DNA of 63,765 nt, filler included, from Rhabdomonas costata (taxonomy: Eukaryota): assembly GCA_019059605.1 (NCBI GenBank). It is 53 parts of 53 records of this genome, joined end to end, with 100 filler letters (N's around TTAATTAATTAA, not from the genome) between each part and the next. Parts side by side here need not be neighbours in the genome. Positions count along the whole stretch, not along the records: positions 10,840 to 11,945 come from JAHMHO010028332.1; positions 12,046 to 13,150 come from JAHMHO010028333.1; positions 13,251 to 14,355 come from JAHMHO010028334.1; positions 14,456 to 15,560 come from JAHMHO010028335.1; positions 15,661 to 16,766 come from JAHMHO010028336.1; positions 16,867 to 17,970 come from JAHMHO010028337.1; positions 18,071 to 19,175 come from JAHMHO010028338.1; positions 19,276 to 20,380 come from JAHMHO010028339.1; 45 more parts are not named here. One strand, written 5' to 3'. The notes below the pieces were generated by a model that was not told the DNA's origin, made no database searches, and saw only the letters and a list, made by a program, of their open reading frames with translations. Positions 11,843 to 24,266 of the stretch are shown piece after piece (position 1 is the first letter of the stretch; each line of letters begins with the position of its first letter). The position numbers and the translations under genes were made by a program.

Positions 11843-13673
11843 CTTAAAAAGATGAGTTGGCGTGCAAGTGATTACCCCCCCCCCCAGAGACACAAGCAAA
11901 CCGCACAAAAGAAATCAGATCAACTCCTAGGCACGCCGAGGGCCCNNNNNNNNNNNNNNNNNNNNNNNNNNNNNNNNNNNNNNNNNNNNTTAATTAATTA
12001 ANNNNNNNNNNNNNNNNNNNNNNNNNNNNNNNNNNNNNNNNNNNNTTTTGTGGGTGATAACGCGGAGCGGAGGTCAAGTGTCAGGTGGGCACAAATCAGC
12101 CAGAATGGATACTTGGCCACCCGGTTCTGTGAGATGCCCTCGAGGATTCCTTCAGGTCATTTTTAGGGGTTTATCAGCCTCGGCACAGCAGCCTTAACTC
12201 TGGCAACGGAAGCAACGGAGTAACCCCTCGATTGATGCACGAGGAAGCAGAACCGGCTCTCGAGGCGGGAGGCGCAACAGATCCGAGCAGATTGAAACAG
12301 CCAGAGAATTACCTGTGCTGCACGAGAGCTCTTCTCCACAGAGGAGGGAGGACATCCCCCTGTTTGAAAGAATGTGCGCGCACGTGCTCGTGCGCCCGCG
12401 AGCCTCTCAGCCAGCCCTGACATTGAGGGCTGCCTCTTTGTCGATGAACTGTGTGTATTCTGGGGGTGTCTTTCGCTGACAGCCCCACTTACTATTTTTG
12501 TACGAGCATCTTTCCTGCCGTTCTTTCCTGCAGTTCCTGCCCCCGTCCACTTCTTTTTGCTCTCTTTTTGCGCATGCATGTCCTATCACTCTCTTTCATT
12601 CGGAATGTTGGCCTTTAACCACGCTGTTAGCTTTCCCAATAAATACGAGTCTCCAGCCCCTGATTTGTACTCTAACATCATCCTCTTGCCTCTTTCGTAT
12701 TTTCTTCCTCCTCCTGCTCTTCTCTGTGTTTTGCCTGCAACATTTTGAGGGTCCACAAGTTTTCCCTTTCTGCCAGGGCTCCAAAGGCACGACGAAGCGG
12801 AAATCGTAAGGAGAATGCAACCAAGGACTGAAACACAACCAAACATATAAATATACGGTTGGATGCACACAGGATGAACACAGGACTGAGCGACAGTGGC
12901 AGCAACAATTGCGCGAAATCACAAGGGTACAGTTTGCGTGCGAAGAACAATGAACAAACATAGGCATACGCGTACTTCCAGAGGCTGGCGCTGAGGAAGC
13001 TGCAGAGTGAAGGGAAACCTTCGCAGGGCTACCGGAACTGCCACCACTGATTTCAAGCCCTGAAATACCAGAAGCACCCCCTGTAGGGCTTCGGGTGAGA
13101 AAATGCTCCCGCTTCTGTTGCATCTGCAGAACCTAGAACAAAACACAAAANNNNNNNNNNNNNNNNNNNNNNNNNNNNNNNNNNNNNNNNNNNNTTAATT
13201 AATTAANNNNNNNNNNNNNNNNNNNNNNNNNNNNNNNNNNNNNNNNNNNNGTTGTGTGGTGGTATTGGACGGGCGTTTCAGAGAGTTAGCCGATTTCGGA
13301 CCCTATGTACCCTGAAGCCTGAATCGTCACTTTTGGCGAGGTTTCACGTTGGTTTTGGAAGTAAAAGAAGTAGATGCTCTACTCTGAGGGATACTCACGT
13401 TTTCATCGTGAAACAGCCCAACGCTCGCGTGTATGCATATTCCAAATTTAGGCGCCAACATTCCAACACATTCCGCTCAATGAGACCTTCGTCTTCCTCC
13501 GCTCTGATTACACGCCAAGGGAATGGCCTTCCTGATCCTTTTGTTCCAGGGCTCCCTCCTTTTCTCTTTCTCCCCTTCCCCTTCTTGTTTTCATTGTATC
13601 GGTCCTCTTTCCCTTTTCCTTGTGACTTCTTGTGCTCCCCCTCCCCCAATCCCTAACCGGAGCACATGCACAG

Positions 13674-14085
13674 GACGCAGCTCTCCCAGGGCCCCTCCTG
13701 TGAAACACCCTCCAGCCTTGGGCTGCACGCCACCCTCGTCCCCACGGCAGGCCGCTGCTTCGAGGCTTCCCCTTCCGCCGGCTCGGGCACCTCCCCCACT
13801 GACCGAGCCTCGTGCTACTGCCTGCAGCAAAAGCAGGCTTCCGTGGTCCGCGACCACCTGGACCGCGTGTCGACCGTCGGGGATGGCGCCGCTGCAGAGG
13901 CCTTCTTGGGAGGACCTAGGCTCCCGTTCTGGGGTGCCCGTGTGCGGCTTCCGCTGCGGGTGATCTTTGTGGTGGTACTGTGCGTGTTTGCCGTGGCACC
14001 CGCGGTGACAATGTGGATGATCTCCTGGCGGGCGGGGCAGACCGCGCTCAGCGGGGTGCAAGTCTCGGCAATGGCCTCCCTGAAG
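13674..14085 (+). CDS. Exon of a membrane protein with one TM helix, probably the N-terminal part of a receptor-type adenylyl cyclase
   Basis: CTAAC branch site, CAG acceptor and AAG|GT donor; hydrophobic stretch PLRVIFVVVLCVFAVAPAVTMWMISW. The cyclase link is inference. Confidence 0.5.
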
Positions 14086-14891
14086 GTCCTGTGTGCGGCC
14101 CTGCGGTCGGCTTCCTTGGCTGCGATTGGGAACTCTGGGGTCACATTCCTATTCGCAAACCGTTCGTCCTTGAGAATCAAACCCGTTCGCTGTTGGCTCT
14201 CTGTAAGACGAAATATGATTGGGTCGACCGCTCGGGAGCCACCTTTGTTCTGCTCAACCCTGTCAAGTTCTTTTTGCAAAATCGTGGAAAAAGGCAAACT
14301 TCACATTCAGGGCGTTCCAAGTTTATCTCCGTTCCTTTTTTCAAACAACACACAANNNNNNNNNNNNNNNNNNNNNNNNNNNNNNNNNNNNNNNNNNNNT
14401 TAATTAATTAANNNNNNNNNNNNNNNNNNNNNNNNNNNNNNNNNNNNNNNNNNNNTTCTTTTATAATTGACATTCGAATCCTTTCCCTTAGAAAAAGGGC
14501 CGGACCTCAGACCTGTGTGTGAGTGTGAGCAGGAGGGCATATCAGCCAATGGCAGGCAAGCTAATGGGGGAGTCTTCTGCAAGTTTTTGGAATAAGGTAA
14601 CGTTACGCAGCAGCACAGGTCCGCACAGTGAGATGCACACAGGATGGACAAACTGGCGCGGAAGCACAAAGGTACAGCGGCATTGGAAAAATGGACAGAA
14701 GGAGGGGATGGAGAGGGGAAGCGATGTCTTGGGACGCGCAAATATCTGCTGACGAGTCGTAAACCTTCGCGTTATTCAAAGTGGCCTGATCTTAGGCGTC
14801 CTTGGACATGACCTGAGATCCAAGCCTGGACATAGCTATCACTGTTACTGCTGCTCATGCACGTGCCCGTAAAACGGGTGCCGCAGCACAC

Positions 14892-15032
14892 CAGCAGCAG
14901 CTCGGTGCTCAGGCGGGCGCCCTCCTGCAGGACCGCCCTCAGGCCTTGCTCCACCAATGCGCTGTCCGCGTCGGCCACTGCGCTGCGCACCCGCTCCTCC
15001 GCTGGGAGGTCGGCAAGGGAGACCTCGAAATA
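14892..15032 (-). CDS. Exon of an unknown protein, preceded by a candidate 37-nt GT-AG intron (15069-15033)
   Basis: YFEVSLADLPAEERVRSAVADADSALVEQGLRAVLQEGARLSTELLL; high GC3 and flanking splice signals. Confidence 0.45.
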
Positions 15033-15430
15033 CTGTGTTTGAAATTGCACAAAAGAGAGTCCAGGATACCTGTGAAGCGGCTGGCGCCCTCATCACGGCA
15101 TCAGTAGCAAACTACTTGAACATATCGCGGACGATGCTTCCCCAAATTCACTGCTGAACCTCCAGAAGAAAAAACCAGTTTCAGGCTTGGAAATGGAACT
15201 GATTAATCAGGAAAAGCGGTCGGGCTGGCAGGTCCGTACAGAGAAACAGGAGGTAGGGTCCAGGAAACTCAAATGGAAGAGAAAGGATAGTCAGATAGAC
15301 GGTCTCACTACAATACAGGCACCCAGACAGACCTTCTCCGGCTGAACCTTCATGCTGGCCAGGATTGCGAAGCAGAGATCGGGGCGGCTGCACCGTTGGT
15401 ACGCCTGTACCCCCCATTTTCCCACGGCAC

Positions 15431-15477
15431 GAGTGCGAGTGCGAGTGCGAGTGCGAGTGCGAGTGCGAGTGCGAGTG
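15431..15477 (+). repeat. (GAGTGC)n microsatellite, about 8 units
   Basis: Read directly from the sequence. Confidence 0.95.
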
Positions 15478-15676
15478 TGTGCTGTGAAGGGCACTGGATG
15501 AGGGCGGGGCTTCTTCTTTGGAAGCGCATCAACTTCTGGGCTTGCGGGGATAGACAAAAANNNNNNNNNNNNNNNNNNNNNNNNNNNNNNNNNNNNNNNN
15601 NNNNTTAATTAATTAANNNNNNNNNNNNNNNNNNNNNNNNNNNNNNNNNNNNNNNNNNNNGGTGTTGGGGCCAAAC

Positions 15677-15901
15677 TTTCCCGTTTAGTTTGCCGCAGTA
15701 CGGGAGGTCCGCTCCCCCAGGGAACACCAAGAGCTTCGTTGTACCCTCCCACTCCCCGCTCGGTCCCAGCAGCTGTGCCGCCGTGATGGGTTGCACAGCG
15801 CCGTGTGCCACGGGGTCTACCAGCCCGCCCAGGCAGGTCAGTGCCTGCCCCAGCGACACCGGTCCTGCCCCAGAGTCCGCATACACCCGCACCGCCGCCA
15901 T
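15677..15901 (-). CDS. Biotin-protein ligase N-terminal (BPL_N, glutamine-amidotransferase-like) domain, first coding exon
   Basis: MAAVRVYADSGAGPVS...WEGTTKLLVFPGGADLPYCGKLNG; V.VY...G and LLVFPGGADLPYC..LNG are diagnostic of BPL_N. Confidence 0.88.
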
Positions 15902-17044
15902 ACGTGCCACGCACACAAAACAGCAGCCCAATGTCCGATACAACCGCAAAACTGGATGACAGAAAAAACACAGTGGGTGCAAGCCACGAGAAAGGGGTTG
16001 CAGCCCAACGGACTCCGCAGCTCTTTCGCCAAGGAGCCAAGAGCTCCAAGAACGAACGAGCTATCAGCGAACGCGCTAAAAACATTGCGGCCTCCAACCT
16101 GGTTGACTAGCCTTGCAACTCTCTTTTCTCGGTCACATGATCGATGACATGGTTGAAGGGAGGAAACCAAAAGCTACCGCAGGTTGGCTCTGAAGCACAA
16201 CTCCTTTTTCGATGCCCATGCAAAACCTTCCCCACAGGCAGGAAAGGTGAATGGGGTGACGAGGCGCGTCTTTTCCAGAATATACCGCTTATTTGAGTAG
16301 AGAAGTGATGGGCATGGGGCACAGGGGGCGTGAGTGACGGAATTTTCGAACCGCTAAGCAAGAAAACAGCGCACGATGTAAACTGCAAATTGGAGGTACA
16401 GTCTTGTACAACTGCCACCTCAAAGGCCAAGTTGCTGCACGGCCAAAAGACAAAGCAGAAAGAAGAGCGGAGGGGGAGGCAGCGAGGAAGTCCCAAACTT
16501 CGGTCCGCGGCGTGCCAGTGTGGCAGTAAGTTAATTGCTCCGTGCTCCAAGTGTCAGGAGGTGAAGGTCAAAATAATGCAAAGGAAGAAAAAACACGGTT
16601 ACAGGTATCTAGCTAAAGGATGAATGGCAGAGGGCGGGAAAAGCAGCCACTAGAGACTATGCCAGTGGTGGGAACCGCGGTTGAAAACGAGCAAATGGAG
16701 AAAACCAGCACCAGCGACTTTTCCTCTCTGGCCCAACAAAAGCCACGCCGAGGGGCACCCAAAAAANNNNNNNNNNNNNNNNNNNNNNNNNNNNNNNNNN
16801 NNNNNNNNNNTTAATTAATTAANNNNNNNNNNNNNNNNNNNNNNNNNNNNNNNNNNNNNNNNNNNNGTGGGCGGGGCAGAAAGCGCCACAATGTCGTACA
16901 TACTACACTTGAACCAGAGCGAACAATGCGGCACTGTGGTATGACACACCCTAAACTGCAGAACTGCAGAACTGGAATCCAGGCAGGGGTCATATCAACC
17001 GTGCAATTGGGGAAGGACGGCAAAAAAAAACAGGGCAACAAAGC

Positions 17045-17970
17045 TCACTGCTCGTTGCCAAAGGCGAGCTTCTCATCACTGAGGACAACGTCGAAAGCGG
17101 CTTCCAGTACAGAGCGGGCATTTCCGGGGCACTTGGCTTCGTCTATAACTAACCATTTCCGGAAAAGACCAGGGCTTCTTGCGATCTCCAACAATAAAGT
17201 AACACTGGCCCCGCTCAGACTAATCCCAGACAACCCCAGAACCAAACACCGAAGCCCTCTGCACTGCTGCAGCGCCGCACACAGCAGCGCAACCCCATTA
17301 TCCCCGAGCTCACTACCCGCCAGGTTCAGACTCAGCCATGCAAGGGTCTGGCCAAGAAAGCCCAAAACCTCCAGGAAAGGTGGCAGCGTCACCACGGACA
17401 CGGTGATGTGCAAAACAAGCCACTTCGGGCACGGGCTGTGCCGCAGTGGCCCCAAAGCAGAAATCGCAATGCTTGGGAACTGTCGCAGCTGAAGAGTCAA
17501 CTTGCGCAGCGCAGGCATCTCCCGGAGATGAGCTAGCTCATCGGAAACCTCCTCGCGCTCGCCACCGTACATCCTGAGCGCAAGGCTCAGGTCGGTGATC
17601 GAGGCACTGTGGCGGATGGCCCTCAGGATGGCCACAACAATGTGGTCGCTGACGCAACAGCCGATGCGATTGTTAAGGGAGAGTCGCAGCTGCGCAAGGC
17701 AGGGGAGGCCCACAAGGGTGGGGAAGGATCGGATCCAGTGGTGATGGGTCATCGTCCCAAGGGAGAGGCAGAGGTGCCCCCGAAGACCCCACTGCACCAG
17801 GTGTTGGAACAAGGGCACCTCCTCAATCCACTCGACGCTCGACCGAATGCAAACCCGCTCGAAGGGCGGATCTTCACAAAACCCCATAATAACGGGCCAC
17901 TCGTCTTCATGAGAACTCCGAAACTCTTTGGCGATGGTGAACGAAAGAAGCTTAAGGGAGGGTAGTTGCG
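17045..17970 (-). CDS. Leucine-rich repeat (RNI-like) protein, C-terminal part, no introns
   Basis: The frame is open from the contig edge to the stop at 17045; repeats such as LAWLSLNLAGSELGDNGVALL, LRCLVLGLSG and LAQLRLSLNNRIG. Confidence 0.7.
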
Positions 17971-18383
17971 NNNNNNNNNNNNNNNNNNNNNNNNNNNNNN
18001 NNNNNNNNNNNNNNTTAATTAATTAANNNNNNNNNNNNNNNNNNNNNNNNNNNNNNNNNNNNNNNNNNNNTGTGGTGTGGATGAATGGTTCGAGATCCAT
18101 TATTTGTAATGCATTATTTGTTTTCCTTTAGCAAGGGGAAATCCCTGGTTCGGGTTATTGCAGCACCAAGGAGTGTCAATTGGTTGTTTGCCAAGTGCTG
18201 CCGCGTGCTGTGGTTGGGGACTGCTTGAAGGATGCGATTTCACTTTGCTGGTTTGATGCCCTGACGAAGCTCTGCTGCTTTTCTGAATTTTCTTGGGTGG
18301 TGTGAAAGCCGTCTACAACAAGGAAACCTGTTTCTCAATTTTATGTCGATGAAGAGTTTTTATGCTTCCCTCTGGCCTAACAG

Positions 18384-18503
18384 GTTTGACCATCAGGGAC
18401 GCCCTCGCACAGGGGTCCTACAGCAGTCAGGTAACGCGGGGTGCCCGCTCAGCCTCGCCAGCGCTTCCCTTCCCGGCCCTTCTGCAGGAATCTACTGCCT
18501 ACC
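18384..18503 (+). CDS. Two small exons (18384-18430 and 18488-18503) of an unknown protein
   Basis: CTAACAG| ... CAG|GTAACG, a 57-nt pyrimidine-rich intron, then CTGCAG|16 nt|GTGAGT; GLTIRDALAQGSYSSQ-ESTAY. Confidence 0.45.
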
Positions 18504-18610
18504 GTGAGTGCGTGACAGTGCCAGTGTGTGCCCTTTTGTGTGCGCGGGGGTGCGGAAAAAAAAAGAACAACTGAAGAAAAACAGAATAAAACAAAAAACC
18601 CAAAACACAC

Positions 18611-18696
18611 CATGTTTTCGGCCATTGCTCCATGTTCCAGTGTACTTGTCTCCACTTGGGTACGTGTATGTTGCCACCTCCTGGGCTACATTTTTC
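18611..18696 (-). CDS. MORN-repeat exon
   Basis: ATYTYPSGDKYTGTWSNGRKHG matches the MORN consensus Y.Y..GD.Y.G.W..G..HG. Confidence 0.8.
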
Positions 18697-19114
18697 CTGA
18701 AGACATTTGCGATACCCCGTGGCATATTACATGACAGACAACTTTTGTAGGGATTTCAAACTAACGCAACTACTGATTCTCCATTTTTAATGGACCGAAA
18801 TTTCAAAAGACCCAAGTTCGAAGAGGTATTGAGTTGATTGTTACTTTTTTTATTTTTTGTGTTTGCTGTATTCCAGAGTGCACCGGTTTTGACTAACCCT
18901 GCAGTTTGACTGATACGAGGCGCAAGGTTGTGCTTTTTGCCAGTATCAATCACCGTTGCTGTTATGAAGGGAAACGGTTCTGAAAAACCGGGGCGATGCC
19001 TGCGGTAAAGAAGAAAACTGGAGAAAGAATTGCAACGCATTGATCAGGGTGGAGCATTTTTCTGCTGCGCTGGTGCCGTGCGCCAAAGGCCGGTGCACTC
19101 AGAGATGTGCCTCA

Positions 19115-19167
19115 TTCAAAGCGATGCAAAGCAGACCCTCACTTCAAAGCGATGCAAAGCAGACCCC
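19115..19167 (+). repeat. 28-bp period tandem duplication
   Basis: TTCAAAGCGATGCAAAGCAGACCC x2. Confidence 0.85.
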
Positions 19168-21124
19168 CCAACCCCNNNNNNNNNNNNNNNNNNNNNNNNN
19201 NNNNNNNNNNNNNNNNNNNTTAATTAATTAANNNNNNNNNNNNNNNNNNNNNNNNNNNNNNNNNNNNNNNNNNNNGTGGGTTGTGTATCACGCATCACAC
19301 TCGGAGAAAGTATGATATCTTGCTGCTCGGGACTTCCGAAGCTTTGGGACAAAACGGTTTGTGGGGGGATATTTTTTGGGTGTTGCATGTGTTTGTTTTG
19401 GGTGTTGCATGTGTCCAAAGCGAAGACTTCGGCTCATCGTTGCGAGGAACGGGAACCAAGTCCCCCGAAATTCTGCAATTGCATCCCCCTCACTACGTTT
19501 CACTTTCAACTTTTGTCTTCGCAGAGTCTCCCTTTTTTTTCTTTCGTTGGTCCTTTCTATTTCTTGCGTTGGTCCTTGTTTTTCGGCTACTCGTTTTGGA
19601 CTCCTTTGCGACACCAAGACATGTCTGAAACTGCCGTGCCTTCCACTGTGGTATGCTGTCAACGCAACGTCCGCAGGGGTCGTGTCCGGAAGGATCGCTC
19701 AACCCAAACGAACATACCCACACCCAGCCCATTTCCTCCAGGCTGACGACCCCATTCCCTGAGAGTGCGAATCATTGACTTTCAGCGTTTAAATATTGCA
19801 GGCAGCACGAAGATGCAGAAGTCCCCTTTTAGTTCAGTTCTTCTCTCTATCTCTCTCATTCTCTCCTCCCGCTGGGATTTTTTGGTGGTTGTCGCTGCTG
19901 ATGCTGGTGGTGTTGTTTGCGTACAACACAAATGTAAATTGCAGGGTGCGCGGTCCCTAGGCTAGTATGGCACCCCGTTTATGCATGCATGCCCTGGTCT
20001 AATTTCCGTGAGTTTCCGTTTCAAATGAGTATCCGTTTAATTCGTTTCCGACGTTTTTCCTTAATTAACCCCACACACACACATCAAGGCCCTGCAGCGT
20101 GTCTGAGGGTCATACACAATTGGGTGGGGGAGTGGAGGTGGCGTTTGCCCCTCGTTACACGCTAAATCCCACCTAACTCCTCCTAACTCCAGGCTCCGCC
20201 CCCAGATCCCCTTTACGTGTGTCGCCTCCTTTCTACAAAGCGTCTGTTCGAATCTCAGGAGCCGCTTGCATGCAAAGCCTTAATTGGAATCCCAGGGGTA
20301 CATGTCGCACCTTCCTAACCCCCCGCAATACCTCTTTTGAAAGTATCTCGTAGCCCCAACCAACCAACCACACCCAACACNNNNNNNNNNNNNNNNNNNN
20401 NNNNNNNNNNNNNNNNNNNNNNNNTTAATTAATTAANNNNNNNNNNNNNNNNNNNNNNNNNNNNNNNNNNNNNNNNNNNNAAGCGCGCCACGCCATGGTG
20501 TGTGGATGCGTGTGTGTCCTTGTTGAGATGGATTGATTGGTGACTGATTGAAAATTCGTTGACAGTCCTGTGCCTGGTTGCCTGTGATTAAGTATTGGTG
20601 GAAAGGGGCGTCGTTTTCTTTCCTTTGAATGTCTCATCTTTGGGTGGCGGGCGGGGGGAAAGCGGTTTGCCTGAACTCTTCCGTTCTCCCAACAGAAGCA
20701 ATTGAATACCAGGTGGTTTGGAGCGTTGGTTGCTCTCTAACCCTCTCGGCCTGAAAAATGTTTCTTTGGACCTGTTCCCGGTGGTTTTCGGAAAGGTATG
20801 CCAGCCGTGTGAGAAAATAACCCTGTGAAGCATTTTAATCGTTTTTGCATCAGTCCCCAAAAACCAATGAAGGCTGAGGGAGTGGGGGGAGGGGGGGTGA
20901 AAGAAGCACTCTCCACGGCAAAGCAAGCACATCACGTATAGCGAGGGATGATGGATGACGGGATGATGGATGCACTGCGGCTGTGGTTGAGGTGGGGATG
21001 GACAAGAGACGAATGGGCGAGAGAAAAAAGAAGAAAAAACAGAGAAAAAAAGAAAGAGGAAGAGAGAGAGAGTTTGAACACGCTGCAGGAGAGGAAAGGT
21101 GAGCATGGAGACAATTGTTTTTAC

Positions 21125-21253
21125 CGTTGTCGGCAGTGAGAGCGGCTAGAAGTTGGCAGGCGCGTGTCTGAGCTTCCTCGTCTTGGGTGTGCGTGCTCAG
21201 CCCGGTGAGCACGGCGGGCAACAGCTCACGGCGCAGGCAGTCATCCTGGTGCT
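21125..21253 (-). CDS. Armadillo-repeat exon (129 nt, phase 1-1)
   Basis: CAG| and G|GTAAA boundaries; EHQDDCLRRELLPAVLTGLSTHTQDEEAQTRACQLLAALTADN fits the ARM pattern V...L..H..D...Q..AC..L..L. Confidence 0.7.
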
Positions 21254-24094
21254 CTGCGGCAAAGGAGTGGGTGGCGCAAGTGAACATTGTCCAAAGCTCC
21301 CAACAACTCAGCAGAAGTGATATGACCAAACTGAGGTGAATGGGCAATGTGGTTGACCTGACCCCATCAAAGACGGCGGTAAGGTCACTCTTAAAAGATC
21401 GACAATTCGCAGCCAATTAGCACTGCCAACTGGGCACTGGGCGAACTGGAAGAGCAAGGACCGAAGAGCAAAGCCCTTAAGCCGATTACCAAAGTGAAAG
21501 TCCCTTTTCCTGAAACAGCTGTTTAAAGGCACCTCGAAATTGACACAAGATGCATCAATAAGCGCTGTCCTCCCACCACCCCNNNNNNNNNNNNNNNNNN
21601 NNNNNNNNNNNNNNNNNNNNNNNNNNTTAATTAATTAANNNNNNNNNNNNNNNNNNNNNNNNNNNNNNNNNNNNNNNNNNNNTGTTTTGTGTAGGCTGCA
21701 AACCGTGCAGGAGCTGTCAGCGGGTGTCAGCGGCAGAGAGATTAGGTGTGAGGGTGAGTGGAAGAAAGTGGGCCATTTTTGGAAATTGTCTGTTTTGGAA
21801 CGTGTAAACGTGTCATGTTACGGTGGCAGGGGGAAGGGGGTGCTGTGGAGGTGAGGCGGGTGCGCTGGACGATGGGCAGCTTGGCTTGAGCAGCGGGTTC
21901 CCATCCTGTTCGGGAGCTTGTGTCTGCCCATATGTCAATGTCAGCGACATCGCTGTCCTGTGGCGGTGGCTATGTGCATGGGGTTTGCTTCGCTATACGT
22001 GATAGGTTTTGTGTTTCGCGGGTTGCGTGTCTGTGGTATTGCCAGTATATCCTCAGCCGCAAAAATGGTTCCCTGTTGCATGCACAGTTGTTGGAACCTC
22101 GGCTTGCACAGTACCCCTTTCACCCGACGCCTTACCGTTTTTGCTTCGATGCTTCTCAGAGGTGCACATCGAAAGTGTTATTATGAATGGTTCGACTTAA
22201 AAAGCAGGACTGTAGTTCTTACAGTTATAAAAAAGTATACAAATCGTGAAAAATGAAATAAAAAAGCCGTTGGGTGTGGTGTGTGTGCAAATTTATTTTG
22301 GGCGGCATTATGTGTGTTGGTTACAACATTGTCGGTTGGGGACAACATCAGCTGTTCCAAAGGTTCCTGCTGAGTCTGAAAGACACGCTGCGTTTTGTTT
22401 TCGTGCTGTTCTGGTCACCAATCATCGGCGGGTCGGGAACAGCAGCTTTGTGTTTTCTGTTACTAGGCACTTTCCACTTCATAAGAGAAGCGTCGGAAGG
22501 CGGTCTCTGAATGAGTTGCGGTGTGGTTGTCAACGCTGCCCTGAATCCCCGGCCAAAAGTGGCCGCTTCCCACCATTCATCCTTCCCATTTTCAGTTCCA
22601 CTTAGTACGCCCTCGGTTCTTTGTTTTATGCTTTCTGCAGCCAAAGCTGTTTTTTCGTTTTCTTTCAATTGCCACTAGTTATTTCTGTCGTTAGGGGTGC
22701 CCCTTTGGTGTGTCCACCCCGTGCCTTCAGTCTTCCTTCCCGTCAATTCAACTCTCACCACCCGAACCATAAAAATGACCAACCCACNNNNNNNNNNNNN
22801 NNNNNNNNNNNNNNNNNNNNNNNNNNNNNNNTTAATTAATTAANNNNNNNNNNNNNNNNNNNNNNNNNNNNNNNNNNNNNNNNNNNNGTGTGGTGTGTTT
22901 GGGGGTGGGGTTTCTGGTGTGTGTGTTTTTGCATAGGTTCTGGGTCGCATTTCTGATTTTGTAATCTGCGTGTGTACTTGGAGTTTTGTGACAGGGTTTC
23001 TGTATTCGGTCTTTGGGTGTCGTTGTCATTTGTAGTGGGTATTCTGGACTTCCTCTGTCGTCTCTATGGGTGTTGGGCGTGGGATTTACGTGGCTTTGGT
23101 TCTGTTTGCGTTGTGGTGTGGGTTGGTTCGTGTTGCATTCGTGGATCTCTTGGCATTAGGAATGGACATTTGTGGTATTTTTTGTTACATTCGTGGTTAT
23201 GGATCTGGTTCGTGGTCGTGTGGGTCATTCAGCGTGTCTTCCTCTTACATGTAAGTGCATATGCTAGCAGAGCGTATTCTCCGAAGCTTGGTTACTGCTT
23301 ACACGGATGTCTCTCAACTTCTGTCTGTGTGACTCGTGCACATCTACGTTCTCTCTACAACTCAAAAAACTGGTACTTCTACCGTTGAGTGGCGGTCGCA
23401 ATAAACGATACCTCAAAGCCGTATTCTTGTACTGCTCGCTGTCAGCAACACAAATGGCAGCGGCGTAGCATCGCCTAGCGGAGTCCCGGCCTCATCGCAC
23501 GTGCAGGTGGCTCCGGATGACTTCCAGGATTTGATAAAACGTCTGCGCACGTCGGTATGTGGGTCTTTCGTCGGCGGGTTACTGTCCTTACCTGTTGAAG
23601 GCTGCACATGTGGCAGAAAGTTTGGAGCTCTTGACAGGAGCAATGACCGCATCTCATGTGACACGTCAGTTGCCAAGCACGCTGACATGAGATGGCTCGG
23701 TCTTCCGAACCTGGTACTGGGCTCAGGGCGGTTTATACTTACTACACTTACTCACTTTACAAAATACTTTGCTGATTCGGTAGTTATTCAGTTGAAACTC
23801 CCTCTCTTTCCAAATACCTAAAGAAAACCGTTAGAAGGAAACCAAACAAACACATACAGCTTCTACCCTCGAATTAGGAATTCAAAACTCAACGCCAATC
23901 TCAGGGTGCTTTCAATCCACCAATACCATTCCAGCAGCCCGATCCAGACACCCACACCCACACCCACACCGAGGTCTCCAGCACCCCCAACCNNNNNNNN
24001 NNNNNNNNNNNNNNNNNNNNNNNNNNNNNNNNNNNNTTAATTAATTAANNNNNNNNNNNNNNNNNNNNNNNNNNNNNNNNNNNNNNNNNNNNGG

Positions 24095-24266
24095 TTGTGT
24101 GTCAACACCAAAGCAAGAGACGGAAAGAGGTTCCCAGAAAGCCCTGTTTGGACTTACAAAGGGCTAAGCGCAGGCACCTGCTGAACTATCCCATTAACCC
24201 TTTGTAAGTCCAAACAGGGCTTTCTGGGAACCTCTTTCCGTCTCTTGCTTTGGTGTTGGCACACAA
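24095..24266. repeat. Long inverted repeat (69-bp arms, 34-nt loop) at a contig start
   Basis: 24095-24163 is the reverse complement of 24198-24266, with one mismatch inside the first 10 bases of the contig. Confidence 0.95.
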
